Positions 8,682 through 18,256 of a stretch of DNA of 64,000 nucleotides are shown here, piece after piece. The notes below the pieces were generated by a model, which was not told the DNA's origin, made no database searches, and saw only the letters and a list, made by a program, of their open reading frames with translations. Where the stretch lies: assembly GCA_019454145.1 (NCBI GenBank), contig CP075366.1:225564-289563 (forward strand), in the 5' to 3' direction. The position numbers and the translations under genes are program-made. Each line of letters begins with the position of its first letter. Position 1 is the first letter of the stretch. The stretch comes from Fimbriimonadaceae bacterium (GTDB lineage: Bacteria; Armatimonadota; Fimbriimonadia; Fimbriimonadales; Fimbriimonadaceae).

Positions 8682-9434
8682 CTACTGAGAATCGGCCAAA
8701 CCACCAAATTTGCGGACTCGCTTTTGATAGTGGGCAACCGATTCAAGCAGTTGCCTTTCCCCAAATTCAGGCCAAGTGACATCGGTGACAAACAGCTCTG
8801 AGTACGCGGCTTGCCAAATTAAGAAGTTTGACCAGCGGAGCTCTCCAGCGGTGCGGATCATTAAATCTGGCTCGGGAATAGATGGGTCGTACAGATGTTT
8901 AGCGAGCTCTTCTTCAGTGATTTCTGTGGGATTATCCGCGATTAAGGCTTTTACGGCATCAATGATTTCTGCTCGCCCGCCGTAATTGATCGCTAGCGTG
9001 AATTTGATCCCAGTGTTGCTTTTGGTGCTCTCCTTCATTTCCGCGAGAGCGTTTTGGAGACCTTGCGGAACTTCGTGAAGTCGTCCGATCGCCTGAGCTT
9101 GTACATTGTTCTCAACCAGACCTTGAAGTTCATGGCGTGCTGCTTCTTCAATTAGCTTCATCAATCCGCCGACCTCGTCTTCGGGGCGTCGCCAGTTTTC
9201 AGCTGAAAAAGCGTAAACCGTCAGATATTGAATACCAAGGTTTGCCGCGCAGAGAAGAACGTTCTTGAGAGTCTTGTAGCCTTCGCGGTGACCCCATAAG
9301 CGCATAAGGCCCTTGCTCTTGGCGTAGCGACCGTTGCCATCCATGATGATGGCAACATGGGCAGGAAGGGAATCAAGATTGATTCCCATAGCGAGTGCGT
9401 TTTGCTGAACAGAGTTGAGCGCGGTTGAAGCCAA
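8682..9434 (-). CDS. uppS: Undecaprenyl diphosphate synthase
   Basis: HVAIIMDGNGR, YAFSAENWRRP, NYGGRAEI, PDLMIRTAGELRWSNFLIWQ. Confidence 0.96.
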   Translation of the reverse strand: MASTALNSVQQNALAMGINLDSLPAHVAIIMDGNGRYAKSKGLMRLWGHREGYKTLKNVLLCAANLGIQYLTVYAFSAENWRRPEDEVGGLMKLIEEAARHELQGLVENNVQAQAIGRLHEVPQGLQNALAEMKESTKSNTGIKFTLAINYGGRAEIIDAVKALIADNPTEITEEELAKHLYDPSIPEPDLMIRTAGELRWSNFLIWQAAYSELFVTDVTWPEFGERQLLESVAHYQKRVRKFGGLADSQ

Positions 9435-9442
9435 TTTAGGCC

Positions 9443-9997
9443 TCAGATTTCCATCACTTCGACTTCTTTTTTCTTCTGCAAGTCGTGGGTTTCCGCCACA
9501 TATTTGTCGGTTAAATCTTGCAGCCGTTTTTCCAATCCTTTCAGATCGTCTTCGGTAATCTCTTTTTGCTTTTGCTGCTCACGCAGTTCGTTTAGGGCGT
9601 GATGCCGAACGTTGCGGATGGCAACACAGCCTTCTTCCGCACGGTGGCCGACTTGCTTCACAAGTTCTTTTCGACGATCCTCGGTCATCGGAGGGAAGTT
9701 TAGGCGGATGCCGCTTCCATCGTTGTTAGGATTCACCCCGAGGTCACTTTGCTGGATCGCCCGTTCGATTGGCCCGATCATGGACTTATCGTATGGCGAA
9801 ATCAAAATCTGCCGTGGCTCAGGAACGCTTACGTTAGCGCATTGAGTGATCGGAGTCGGTGTGCCGTAGTAGTCAACCAGGATAGGCTCGAGAACCGTAG
9901 TGCTTGCGCGCCCAGTACGGATTCGACCAAAGTCGTGACCGGTTGCTTCAACCGCTGATTTCATTTTTCTTTCGGCTTCTTTGAGAATTTCACTCAT
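9443..9997 (-). CDS. frr: Ribosome recycling factor
   Basis: IRTGRAS, DYYGTPTPI, PPMTEDRRKELVK; canonical position. Confidence 0.97.
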   Translation of the reverse strand: MSEILKEAERKMKSAVEATGHDFGRIRTGRASTTVLEPILVDYYGTPTPITQCANVSVPEPRQILISPYDKSMIGPIERAIQQSDLGVNPNNDGSGIRLNFPPMTEDRRKELVKQVGHRAEEGCVAIRNVRHHALNELREQQKQKEITEDDLKGLEKRLQDLTDKYVAETHDLQKKKEVEVMEI

Positions 9998-10004
9998 ATT
10001 CTTG

Positions 10005-10730
10005 TTATCCTCCTTGGACTAACGTGCCCTCTGGTTCACCTTTGACAGCTCGGGCCATGCCGCCTGGTCTGAGTAAATCGAGTACGACGACCGGCATTCC
10101 GTGCTCACGGCACATAGTGAATGCAGTTTGATCCATAACCGCCAGTTTTTGGTCAATTGCATCGGTGAAAGTCAGGTTATCGTATTTCACCGCGTCTGCG
10201 TGCTTGCGGGGATCTTTATTATAAACGCCGTCTACCTTGGTTGCTTTGAGGAGTGCGTCTGCATCGATTTCTAATGCGCGAAGCACGGAAGCTGTATCCG
10301 TGGTGAAGTAAGGGTTCCCAGTTCCACCCGCGAAAACGACTACTCGACGCTTTTCCATGTGGCGGATCGCTCGGCGGCGAATGAATGGTTCGGCGACCGC
10401 AGATATATCCAGCGCTGATTGAACTCGTGTGGGGATGCCAGCCTTTTCAATAGCGGATTGGAGAGCGAGGCCGTTCATGATGGTGCCCATCATTCCCATG
10501 TGGTCGGCAACTGTGCGGTTGATACCACCGCTTTCGCTAAATGCTGATCCACGTACAAAATTGCCGCCCCCAACTACGATAGCCACTTCGGCTCCGAGTT
10601 CGTGGACGGCTTTTACTTCCTGGGCGATGTAATCAAGGGTATCAACTTCTAATCCGTACCCGGCGCTTCCCCCCAGCATTTCACCGCTGATTTTGAGGAG
10701 GACGCGTTTAAATTTGACTGCATCGCCCAT
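10005..10730 (-). CDS. pyrH: UMP kinase
   Basis: RVLLKISGE, VGGGNFVRG, GTGNPYFTTDT, ATKVDGVY. Confidence 0.97.
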   Translation of the reverse strand: MGDAVKFKRVLLKISGEMLGGSAGYGLEVDTLDYIAQEVKAVHELGAEVAIVVGGGNFVRGSAFSESGGINRTVADHMGMMGTIMNGLALQSAIEKAGIPTRVQSALDISAVAEPFIRRRAIRHMEKRRVVVFAGGTGNPYFTTDTASVLRALEIDADALLKATKVDGVYNKDPRKHADAVKYDNLTFTDAIDQKLAVMDQTAFTMCREHGMPVVVLDLLRPGGMARAVKGEPEGTLVQGG

Positions 10731-10741
10731 ATTTGTTTATT

Positions 10742-11584
10742 TTAGTCTTCTTCGGTGCCTTCGCCGCTCATTCCAACTGCAAGGAGGGAATAGCTCTTGA
10801 TGGTGATGCCACCGTTTTGCTTGAGGTAATCGCTGACCGTCATTTTTTGGTCAAGGTAGATCGGTTGTTCTAAAAGAACCTGCTCTTTATAGAACTCCTT
10901 ATTAATCCGACCCTTTGCGATGTTCTCAGCCATTTCAGGCGTCTTTCCTTCTTCGATTGCTCGAGCCTTTTGAACTTCCATTTCCTTGTTGATGACGTCA
11001 GCGGGGACTTCATCCTTGGTCAGGAAGCTCGGCTTGAACGCAACGATTTGGACTGCGACTTGCTTTGCGGCATCGTCTCCGTCTCCGGAATAAACGATCA
11101 CGCTAGCCCATTTGCCATCGTGGTGGTTGTAAGCCGCAAGCTTTTCACCTTCACCAGCCTTGTAGAACTCAGCGGCGCGGAGTTGAATGTTTTCGCGGAT
11201 TCGTCCGACAGCGTCGGAAATGTGACCATCAATGGTTTGACCATCAACTTCAACATCTCCACCGGCTCGACCAGCGGCGAGCATTCCATTGACCATGGTA
11301 TCCACCATAGCCTTGAAATCATCGTTGCGGCTGACGAAGTCCGTTTCGCATTCGACGATGATGCCGGCTGCTGTTTTGCTGTCGTCAGAAACGGCGACCT
11401 TCGCGATGCCTTCCTTGGTTGCCCGACCGGCCTTCTTTTGACCAGCCGCTGCACCTTTTTCACGCAAAATGTCTTTCGCGCGATCGATATCGCCACTTGC
11501 TTCTTCCAATGCCTTTTTACAGTCCATCATCGGAGCGTCAGTGAGATCTCGAAGTTTTTTTACGTCTGCTGCTGTAATTGCCAT
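10742..11584 (-). CDS. tsf: Translation elongation factor Ts
   Basis: VKKLRDLTDAPMMDCKKAL, ECETDFV; follows rpsB. Confidence 0.97.
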   Translation of the reverse strand: MAITAADVKKLRDLTDAPMMDCKKALEEASGDIDRAKDILREKGAAAGQKKAGRATKEGIAKVAVSDDSKTAAGIIVECETDFVSRNDDFKAMVDTMVNGMLAAGRAGGDVEVDGQTIDGHISDAVGRIRENIQLRAAEFYKAGEGEKLAAYNHHDGKWASVIVYSGDGDDAAKQVAVQIVAFKPSFLTKDEVPADVINKEMEVQKARAIEEGKTPEMAENIAKGRINKEFYKEQVLLEQPIYLDQKMTVSDYLKQNGGITIKSYSLLAVGMSGEGTEED

Positions 11585-11589
11585 GTCAG

Positions 11590-12519
11590 TTAGTCTTTTG
11601 TTTCCTCGGTCGTGGCGGCAACTGGTTCGGCTTCTGCTTCTGCAGGTGCTGCTGGGGCCTCTTGTTCTACGCTTGCTTTTTCAGCTTTTGGAGCGGCTTC
11701 GACTTTGGCCTTACTCGCTTCGTCGTAGGATCGGAGGAATTCTTGTTCCACTTCACCAAAGTGCACCGGAGTTTCGCCGTCTTCATCGCCTTCAACCAAG
11801 GCAGTGTCGTCGCCTTCACCTTCGGTCATTGATTCGCTAATCGGCTTAACTTCGAGGATTGCTTCGCAGAACTTTTGGGTAACGAGTCGGATGGATCGGA
11901 TCGCATCGTCGTTGCCTGGGATTACCCAATCTGCATCATCTGGATCGCAGTTAGTATCAACGATCGCCACGATTGGGATGCCGAGCTTTCGAGCTTCCAA
12001 AACTGCGATGGATTCTTTGTTGAGGTCAACTATAAACATGCACTTCGGCATATCTTGCATATCGCGGATGCCTTCAAAGTAGCGTTGCAGTTTGTCGCGC
12101 TCTTCCATTCGCTTAAGAGCTTCTTTCTTAGGAAGTCGAGCCAAGTAGCCTTCGGCTTCCATTCGGTCGAGTTCTTTCAACCGGACGATTCGTTGGCTGA
12201 TGGTTTCCCAGTTGGTGAGCATTCCACCCAACCAGCGGTCGGTGACGAAGTATTGACCGGACTTGGTTGCGGCTTCTTTGATAGCGCTTTGTGCTTGCTT
12301 TTTAGTACCAACGAAGAGGACGCTCCCGCCATCTTGAACGATGGATTGAACGAAGTCGAGCGCATCTTGGAACAACTTGATGGTTTGGTGAAGGTCAACG
12401 ATGTAGATACCATTGCGCGCGCCGTAAATATAGCGCTTCATCTTGGGGTTCCAACGACGAGTTTGGTGTCCAAAGTGGACGCCTGCTTCAAGCAGGTCTT
12501 TCATACTGAGTTCGGGCAT
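11590..12519 (-). CDS. rpsB: 30S ribosomal protein S2 with acidic C-terminal tail
   Basis: [38 protein letters not shown]; true start MPELSMK at 12519. Confidence 0.97.
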   Translation of the reverse strand: MPELSMKDLLEAGVHFGHQTRRWNPKMKRYIYGARNGIYIVDLHQTIKLFQDALDFVQSIVQDGGSVLFVGTKKQAQSAIKEAATKSGQYFVTDRWLGGMLTNWETISQRIVRLKELDRMEAEGYLARLPKKEALKRMEERDKLQRYFEGIRDMQDMPKCMFIVDLNKESIAVLEARKLGIPIVAIVDTNCDPDDADWVIPGNDDAIRSIRLVTQKFCEAILEVKPISESMTEGEGDDTALVEGDEDGETPVHFGEVEQEFLRSYDEASKAKVEAAPKAEKASVEQEAPAAPAEAEAEPVAATTEETKD

Positions 12520-12725
12520 ATTCTTTTTTCCTTTGTGGGTTTTGCCGCCGGAACATCGTCTCATTCCGCCCTTTACTGAAGTGAATTCAGACCCAGGGGG
12601 CACGAGGTTCCGTGAGAATTTGGCGCAGGTCGCCCTGAGCCGGGAAGATAATACCGCGCTTGATGCTGGATTGAGTGGGACGTGATTGTTGATCGTGCCC
12701 CTACCTTTGTGACACAAAGGTAGGG
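12520..12725 (-). promoter_or_regulatory. rpsB 5' region with structured leader; perfect 12-bp hairpin at 12699-12725
   Basis: CGGAAT..ATGTTCCG hairpin near the RBS; CCCTACCTTTGT-GAC-ACAAAGGTAGGG; S2 autoregulatory leaders are known in other phyla. Confidence 0.35.
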
Positions 12726-12807
12726 AATTGTCGCTATTCATCACCCACGCTAAACCCTCCCAATCTTTGACGTGAAGTTAGATAGCTACCTTCACAAACC
12801 TAGCGAA

Positions 12808-12842
12808 CAAAAAACCGCCCGCTGGAAAATCCAACGGGCGGT
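12808..12842 (-). terminator. Intrinsic terminator of hppA
   Basis: ACCGCCCG..CGGGCGGT hairpin followed by a T run on the minus strand. Confidence 0.75.
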
Positions 12843-12860
12843 CAACCTAAGCGAAAGGAA

Positions 12861-15800
12861 TTATTCGCCAGATGGTGCGGCAGGAGTCGGATCAGCTTCT
12901 GCCTTTGCCATGCCAGAACCCATTCCACCGCGCTTGGACCACCAGATCGCGATGACGAGCATAACTGCTGCCGCAACGGTGATTCCGATGGTTACGCCTT
13001 CAGGGCGTTTCATGATGACCGCCGGAGCAAGCAACAGGCCAACAAGGTTCATAACCTTGATCAATGGGTTGAGTGCAGGGCCAGCCGTATCCTTAAACGG
13101 ATCACCGACTGTGTCGCAGACAACCGCGGCTTTGTGAGCTTCGGTTCCCTTACCACCGTGAAGACCATCTTCGATGAGCTTCTTGGAGTTATCCCACATA
13201 CCGCCAGAGTTAGCGAGTAGAACCGCCATCAACTGACCGGAGAGGATCGCACCAGCAAGGAATCCGCCGAGTGCTTGAGCACCAACCAGGTTGTATTCCA
13301 CTCCGTTGACCATGGTCAACGGTTTTCCAATGGAAAGACCGAAACCAACGATGACCGGGAAGAAGATAGCGAGGATTCCAGGGCCAAGCAACTCGGTTTG
13401 TGCGGCTTTCGTTACGATAGCCACGCACTTTGCGTAGTTGGGCTTGCTGGTTCCTGCCATGATGCCCGGATCGTTTCGGAACTGCGACCGAACCTCATTG
13501 ATGAGTTCAAATGCTGCCCGACCAACCGCGTTGATGGAGAATGCAGAGAAGAGGTACGGAGCCGCACCGCCAATCAGAAGGCCAAGGAAGATTTCTGGAA
13601 TCTCGAGGCGCATACCAATCGTTGAGAGCTTTCCTTCATCCACATAAGCGTGGAAGAGGGCAACTGCGGCAACAACCGCGGTTGCGATTGCAAAGCCTTT
13701 GGTAAGTGCTTTGGTGGTGTTACCAGCCGCGTCGAGGAGTTGAACTCGTCGGGCACCTTCTGGGCTTTCTTCACCCGCACCGGACATTTCGAATACGCCT
13801 TGGCTGTTGTCGCTGATCGGGCCAAAAGTATCCATCGCAAGGATGAAACCAGTGGTAGTCAGCAATCCAAGACCAACGAGCGCAATGCCGTAGAAACTCA
13901 ACAGATAGCCACCAAAAGCGTCTGGTGGGAAGATCATGAGCGGGCCAAGCAGACAAGCAACGATAGCGAAGACGCTAAATACCGAGCTTTCTTGACCGTA
14001 GGCAAATCCAGTGATGATCATCGGCGCTGGGCCAGCAGTCGAAACTTGACCAAGCTCTTGAACTGGTCGCTTGTGGAGTCCAACGTAATAGTCGGTCAAG
14101 GCTTCGAAAACGAACGCCATGATGATTCCGAAAATGACGCAGACAAAGAATCTCCACCATTCAGCAGTTTGATGCTTGACGTATGCAAGTTTGGCGGAAA
14201 CTCGGGGAGGCGGTGTGCCTGCCGCAGTAGGATCGGTTTGCTGCTTCTTATCAAAAGCAAGAGCATTTTCAATCGTTTCTGCAACCGCAATCGGGCCAGA
14301 TCGGACTGTGCTGAGGTTCAACTTGTGAGGATCAGCATCGACACCAGCTACCAATTGGTTAGCGGAGTTCACGTAAAAAGTGACCGGATATTCTGCCTTA
14401 ACGTTGTATTGAACAGCAGGATTTACCTTTCGCGAATCCTCAATTTGCTTTTCAAAGTTATCCTTTTCAATCGGACCAAATTGAAGCGTTTGTTTCTGTG
14501 GTTCTGCCCCTGCAACTGGTTTTCCATCTGGCCCGGCAGGAGTACTCACGATTTCGATTTCGTAAACACGAATTTCTTTATCTTTGTACGCCTGTTGGAA
14601 GGTGATGTACTTGGGTTCAAGTGAGTTAGGATCCTGGGCCGGATCCGGTGTTGCGTAGTTGAGGAGAGCAATATTGGAATCGTTGTAATTCAGTTGGTGG
14701 AATCCTTCAAAACCATCAACTTCTGGTATAGCAGATTCTCCGCCACTCAAGATGCCTTGAATTTGGAATTGTGCTTGATCTTCAGGAAGATTGAGAGCCT
14801 TTACAGTAGGATCCTTAAGAATTGCTTCTGGAGTTACTGCATACTCGGCAATCTTTTCCTTAGCGGCAATGGTTTTCTGAGCCTTTAAGATTGCAAGAGC
14901 AGTTTCACGATCATATTTGGTTTGTGAAACTAACTCGCTGGTCTTAATTGCTTGCGATTTGTCGATGCCGCCCAGCATCCACATCGCAATACCGAGGGTT
15001 GCTGCCGCTGCAATAAACGCTGAGCTGTAGAACCCTTTTCGTATGGACTTGAGCGGGTCAACGTTGATGTCGTCTGAGCCCTTAACCATGAAGATACCGA
15101 CGATGGAAGCGATGACACCTGCACCTCGCGCCATCAGCGCAAACAGGATGAGCTTCATCCACATTTCTGTGGGGAAGAGTGCGGCGGTTGCAGCACCGAG
15201 AACGATTGCCGCGACCAAGGTGACTTCGTAAGATTCAAAAACGTCAGCTGCCATACCAGCGCAGTCGCCAACATTGTCACCAACGTTGTCCGCAATAACG
15301 GCCGGGTTTCGAGGATCGTCTTCTGGGATGCCAGCTTCGACCTTTCCAACCAGGTCGGCTCCAACGTCCGCAGCTTTGGTGAAGATTCCACCGCCGACCC
15401 GCATAAAGAGGGCAGCCAGTGAACCACCAAAACCAAATCCAATTAAGAGTTTTGTTGCATCTTGTGGAAGGGCAAGAAAGATGGTAGTTGCACCGAGCAA
15501 GCCCATTCCGACGGTTACAAGGCCAGCAACCGAACCTGATTGGAACGCAATTTCAAGAGAAGACTTATAGCTGGTGAGAGCGGCGTTGGCAACGCGCATG
15601 TTGGCGTTGACCGCGGCTTTCATTCCAATATATCCAGCAATGTAGCTCGCTCCAACACCAAGAACGAAACACACAGCGGTGAGAGCGGCAACCAGAGGAC
15701 CGTATGATCCTTGGTACATGAAGAACAATACGACGGCAATCAGGATTACGAAGATTCCCATCGTTCGGAACTGCTGACCGAGATAACCCATCGCTCCTGA

Positions 15801-16079
15801 GCGAATCGCTTCGCCTACTTCTTGCATTTTTTCATTGCCCGGAGACGTTTTTTGAACCTTATTCCAGAAGAACCAGGCAAAGAACAAGGCAATGAGACCA
15901 AAAGCAAGAGAGATGTAAAGGAACATCTTATGGCTGTCGGAAAATTCGAGTTTGATGTTTGCTTCTGCCCCGGATGCCATAGCCATCGTGGGGATCAGCA
16001 GACTCAAAAGAGTGAAGATGGTTGCAAATAGCTTGGTGCCTTTGCCTTTCCACCTATTGATCGTTAGATTGTTCTGCAT
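12861..16079 (-). CDS. hppA: Membrane-bound H+-translocating pyrophosphatase, K+-independent type, with a large extra domain
   Basis: GGGIFTKAADVGADLVGKVE, DNVGDNVGD, GNTTKA (Lys at the K+-determinant site), DTVGDPFKDTAGPALNPLIK; likely start MQNN at 16079. Confidence 0.95.
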   Translation of the reverse strand: MQNNLTINRWKGKGTKLFATIFTLLSLLIPTMAMASGAEANIKLEFSDSHKMFLYISLAFGLIALFFAWFFWNKVQKTSPGNEKMQEVGEAIRSGAMGYLGQQFRTMGIFVILIAVVLFFMYQGSYGPLVAALTAVCFVLGVGASYIAGYIGMKAAVNANMRVANAALTSYKSSLEIAFQSGSVAGLVTVGMGLLGATTIFLALPQDATKLLIGFGFGGSLAALFMRVGGGIFTKAADVGADLVGKVEAGIPEDDPRNPAVIADNVGDNVGDCAGMAADVFESYEVTLVAAIVLGAATAALFPTEMWMKLILFALMARGAGVIASIVGIFMVKGSDDINVDPLKSIRKGFYSSAFIAAAATLGIAMWMLGGIDKSQAIKTSELVSQTKYDRETALAILKAQKTIAAKEKIAEYAVTPEAILKDPTVKALNLPEDQAQFQIQGILSGGESAIPEVDGFEGFHQLNYNDSNIALLNYATPDPAQDPNSLEPKYITFQQAYKDKEIRVYEIEIVSTPAGPDGKPVAGAEPQKQTLQFGPIEKDNFEKQIEDSRKVNPAVQYNVKAEYPVTFYVNSANQLVAGVDADPHKLNLSTVRSGPIAVAETIENALAFDKKQQTDPTAAGTPPPRVSAKLAYVKHQTAEWWRFFVCVIFGIIMAFVFEALTDYYVGLHKRPVQELGQVSTAGPAPMIITGFAYGQESSVFSVFAIVACLLGPLMIFPPDAFGGYLLSFYGIALVGLGLLTTTGFILAMDTFGPISDNSQGVFEMSGAGEESPEGARRVQLLDAAGNTTKALTKGFAIATAVVAAVALFHAYVDEGKLSTIGMRLEIPEIFLGLLIGGAAPYLFSAFSINAVGRAAFELINEVRSQFRNDPGIMAGTSKPNYAKCVAIVTKAAQTELLGPGILAIFFPVIVGFGLSIGKPLTMVNGVEYNLVGAQALGGFLAGAILSGQLMAVLLANSGGMWDNSKKLIEDGLHGGKGTEAHKAAVVCDTVGDPFKDTAGPALNPLIKVMNLVGLLLAPAVIMKRPEGVTIGITVAAAVMLVIAIWWSKRGGMGSGMAKAEADPTPAAPSGE

Positions 16080-16264
16080 TATGTTGGAAGTGCCCTCTGA
16101 ACGCGGAAATGAGGCGTGCTCACAAGGATAGCGCCTCAATTGACGCATAAATTTACCCCAAAGTTAATAGATAGTTGAGAACTTGCCCGAGCGTCCCGGG
16201 GAAAATTCAAAATGCAGGTTAAAGACCGATAGCCCGGCCTAGGATTTTAGTAGACTTCCTGTTA

Positions 16265-17155
16265 ATGGCGACTACGGTAACCGGCTGGCGCGGGTTTCGA
16301 ACTTATCTGGAAATGATCAAGATCGAACACTCGATATTCGCGTTACCATTCGCGATGATCGGCATGATGTGGGCTTCGTGGACGAAGTCCGGTTCTATCT
16401 GGCCCGGCGGTTGGATTTTCAGTTGGATCGTGGTCGCGATGGTGAGTTGCCGGAGTGCGGCAATGGCTTGGAACCGCATCGCCGACCGAGATATTGATGC
16501 GCTCAACCCGCGAACTCAAATAAGGGCAATTCCAGCTGGGTTATTGAGCTTACGCACGGCGAATCTTTATTTTTACGGAAGTGTTTTGATCTTTTTGCTC
16601 GCCGCCGCAATGTTGAACAACCTATCGCTTTATCTTGCGCCTGTTGCTTTGCTGGTAACGCTTGGATATTCAATGACCAAGCGATTCACCCCCCTCTGCC
16701 ACTATGTTTTGGGCTCGGGGTTAGGCATTGCTCCCGCGGCTGCTTGGGTTGCGGTACGCGGAGATGTCACGTGGCCAGTAGTCGCTCTGACCGGAGCGGT
16801 GATGTTGTGGGCCGCAGGGTTTGACATTATTTATGCGTTGCAGGATGAGAAATTTGATGCCGACAACGGATTACGGAGTTTGCCTCAAACCTTAGGAACA
16901 AGCAAAGCACTGATGGTCAGCAGGATTTCTCATGTTTTGGCGTTGTTATTGCTTGCCTTAGCGGTCTGGTTGATGGGCACTGGCTGGCTCGGATGGCTTG
17001 GAGTCGCTTTCGCGGGTTGTCTGCTTGCCTATGAACAAAGCCTAGTGAAGCCCAATGACCTCAGCAAAGTGAACTTGGCATTTTTTACTTTGAACGGGTT
17101 TATTTCTATTGGTGTATTTGTGTTTTTGCTTCTTGATTGGGTGATTCTACGTTGA
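16265..17155 (+). CDS. ubiA: UbiA-family prenyltransferase (4-hydroxybenzoate polyprenyltransferase-like; MqnP-like)
   Basis: IEHSIFALPFA, NRIADRDIDALNPRT, GFDIIYALQD, FFTLNG. Confidence 0.85.
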   Translation: MATTVTGWRGFRTYLEMIKIEHSIFALPFAMIGMMWASWTKSGSIWPGGWIFSWIVVAMVSCRSAAMAWNRIADRDIDALNPRTQIRAIPAGLLSLRTANLYFYGSVLIFLLAAAMLNNLSLYLAPVALLVTLGYSMTKRFTPLCHYVLGSGLGIAPAAAWVAVRGDVTWPVVALTGAVMLWAAGFDIIYALQDEKFDADNGLRSLPQTLGTSKALMVSRISHVLALLLLALAVWLMGTGWLGWLGVAFAGCLLAYEQSLVKPNDLSKVNLAFFTLNGFISIGVFVFLLLDWVILR

Positions 17156-17997
17156 GCGAGTTACTGGGTCGGACGAATCGTGTTTTTCCGCGGCTTTGGT
17201 GGCGATTGCTGGGGTGCGATGAAGAAAATCGGCTCCAAATCTGCGAATACTTGCGGTCAAATCCCGGCGTAGTAATGGCGAGCCCCTTGTGGGCGGCAGA
17301 ACTGCGCGATGCCAAGTGTGATTGGGTCGTCTGTGGGGGATCAAAAGTTGGCAACTCTCAGAGCCAAGAACAGGCCATGAACCAAATGACTGGCGAAATC
17401 ATTGCTTCAGTTGCCGGATCGCCAGATGGGTTCGTTTCAATCTATTTTCTGAGCGTTGCTCGGGCTTGGGAAGAGCATCAGATCAATGGGGCATTGGCGG
17501 CTCTCCAGTCGGCTAAAGAAGAAGGGTTGATCGGTTCAATCGGACTGCATGTGGCTGGTTCTGCATTGGGAGTAGCGAGTTTGTGGCGTTTCCATGATGC
17601 GTTCGAGGTCGTCTTGGTAGCGCATAACCCACGCACTGAAAAGGATTATCAAAGTGTCGTCGCAACTGCTTTAGACCGCCGCGTTGGTGTTGTTCAAGAA
17701 TCGGTTTTTGACTGGGGAGGAGGTGTTCCGTTTTTTGCGATGCCCAATATAGATTGGAAACTTGGCTCAGCGTTGCTCGCAGATCGCCTCAGAGTGAACC
17801 CAGTCTTGCTCGGAGTGGCAAGCGTGCGCGAAATGGAAATGGCAACTCAAGCGGCGCAGGATTCCTCAAAATTAGGAATAGACTTAGAATCGCTTTGGAA
17901 AGCCTACAAGAACCCATATTCCTGGCATGAGCCATTGGAACGCCCGGATTGGGAAGTGGCGCGGCAGAAATATATAAAGGATCTCGATGGACATTAA
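17137..17997 (+). CDS. Degenerate aldo/keto reductase-fold protein
   Basis: LGRTNRVFP start, AKEEGLIGSIGL, FEVVLVAHNP resemble AKR; catalytic residues not evident. Confidence 0.5.
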   Translation: MGDSTLSELLGRTNRVFPRLWWRLLGCDEENRLQICEYLRSNPGVVMASPLWAAELRDAKCDWVVCGGSKVGNSQSQEQAMNQMTGEIIASVAGSPDGFVSIYFLSVARAWEEHQINGALAALQSAKEEGLIGSIGLHVAGSALGVASLWRFHDAFEVVLVAHNPRTEKDYQSVVATALDRRVGVVQESVFDWGGGVPFFAMPNIDWKLGSALLADRLRVNPVLLGVASVREMEMATQAAQDSSKLGIDLESLWKAYKNPYSWHEPLERPDWEVARQKYIKDLDGH

Positions 17998-18256
17998 AGA
18001 GTTGACTGGATTGTTGCAGTGGGGCGCGGCAATCTCGCTGTTGCTTGCTGTGAGTTGGGTTTTCCGTTTCAAAAAAGAGCCAGTGAGAGCCAAATTGATG
18101 GGGTTCGCTTTTGTTGTTCTCGCGATTGCGATGATCGGGTTCTCGCTAGAATGGCCCATTTGGATTGTCGGAGTATTGGCAGGTGTGGTCGTGGCAACCC
18201 AAATTTTTGACTTTGCGATGCGAGCGGGTCAGAAAGCAAAGGCGGAAGAGCCTTGA
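17987..18256 (+). CDS. Small membrane protein (3 TM)
   Basis: Three hydrophobic helices; overlaps both neighbours in operon fashion. Confidence 0.7.
   Translation: MDIKELTGLLQWGAAISLLLAVSWVFRFKKEPVRAKLMGFAFVVLAIAMIGFSLEWPIWIVGVLAGVVVATQIFDFAMRAGQKAKAEEP

Noticed and set aside
11590-11830. Acidic/Ala-rich S2 C-terminal tail
   Set aside because: Such tails are common in S2 proteins
12520-12744. 75-aa N-terminal extension of S2 in the ORF track
   Set aside because: Conserved S2 begins at MPELSMK (12519); the upstream part is leader sequence
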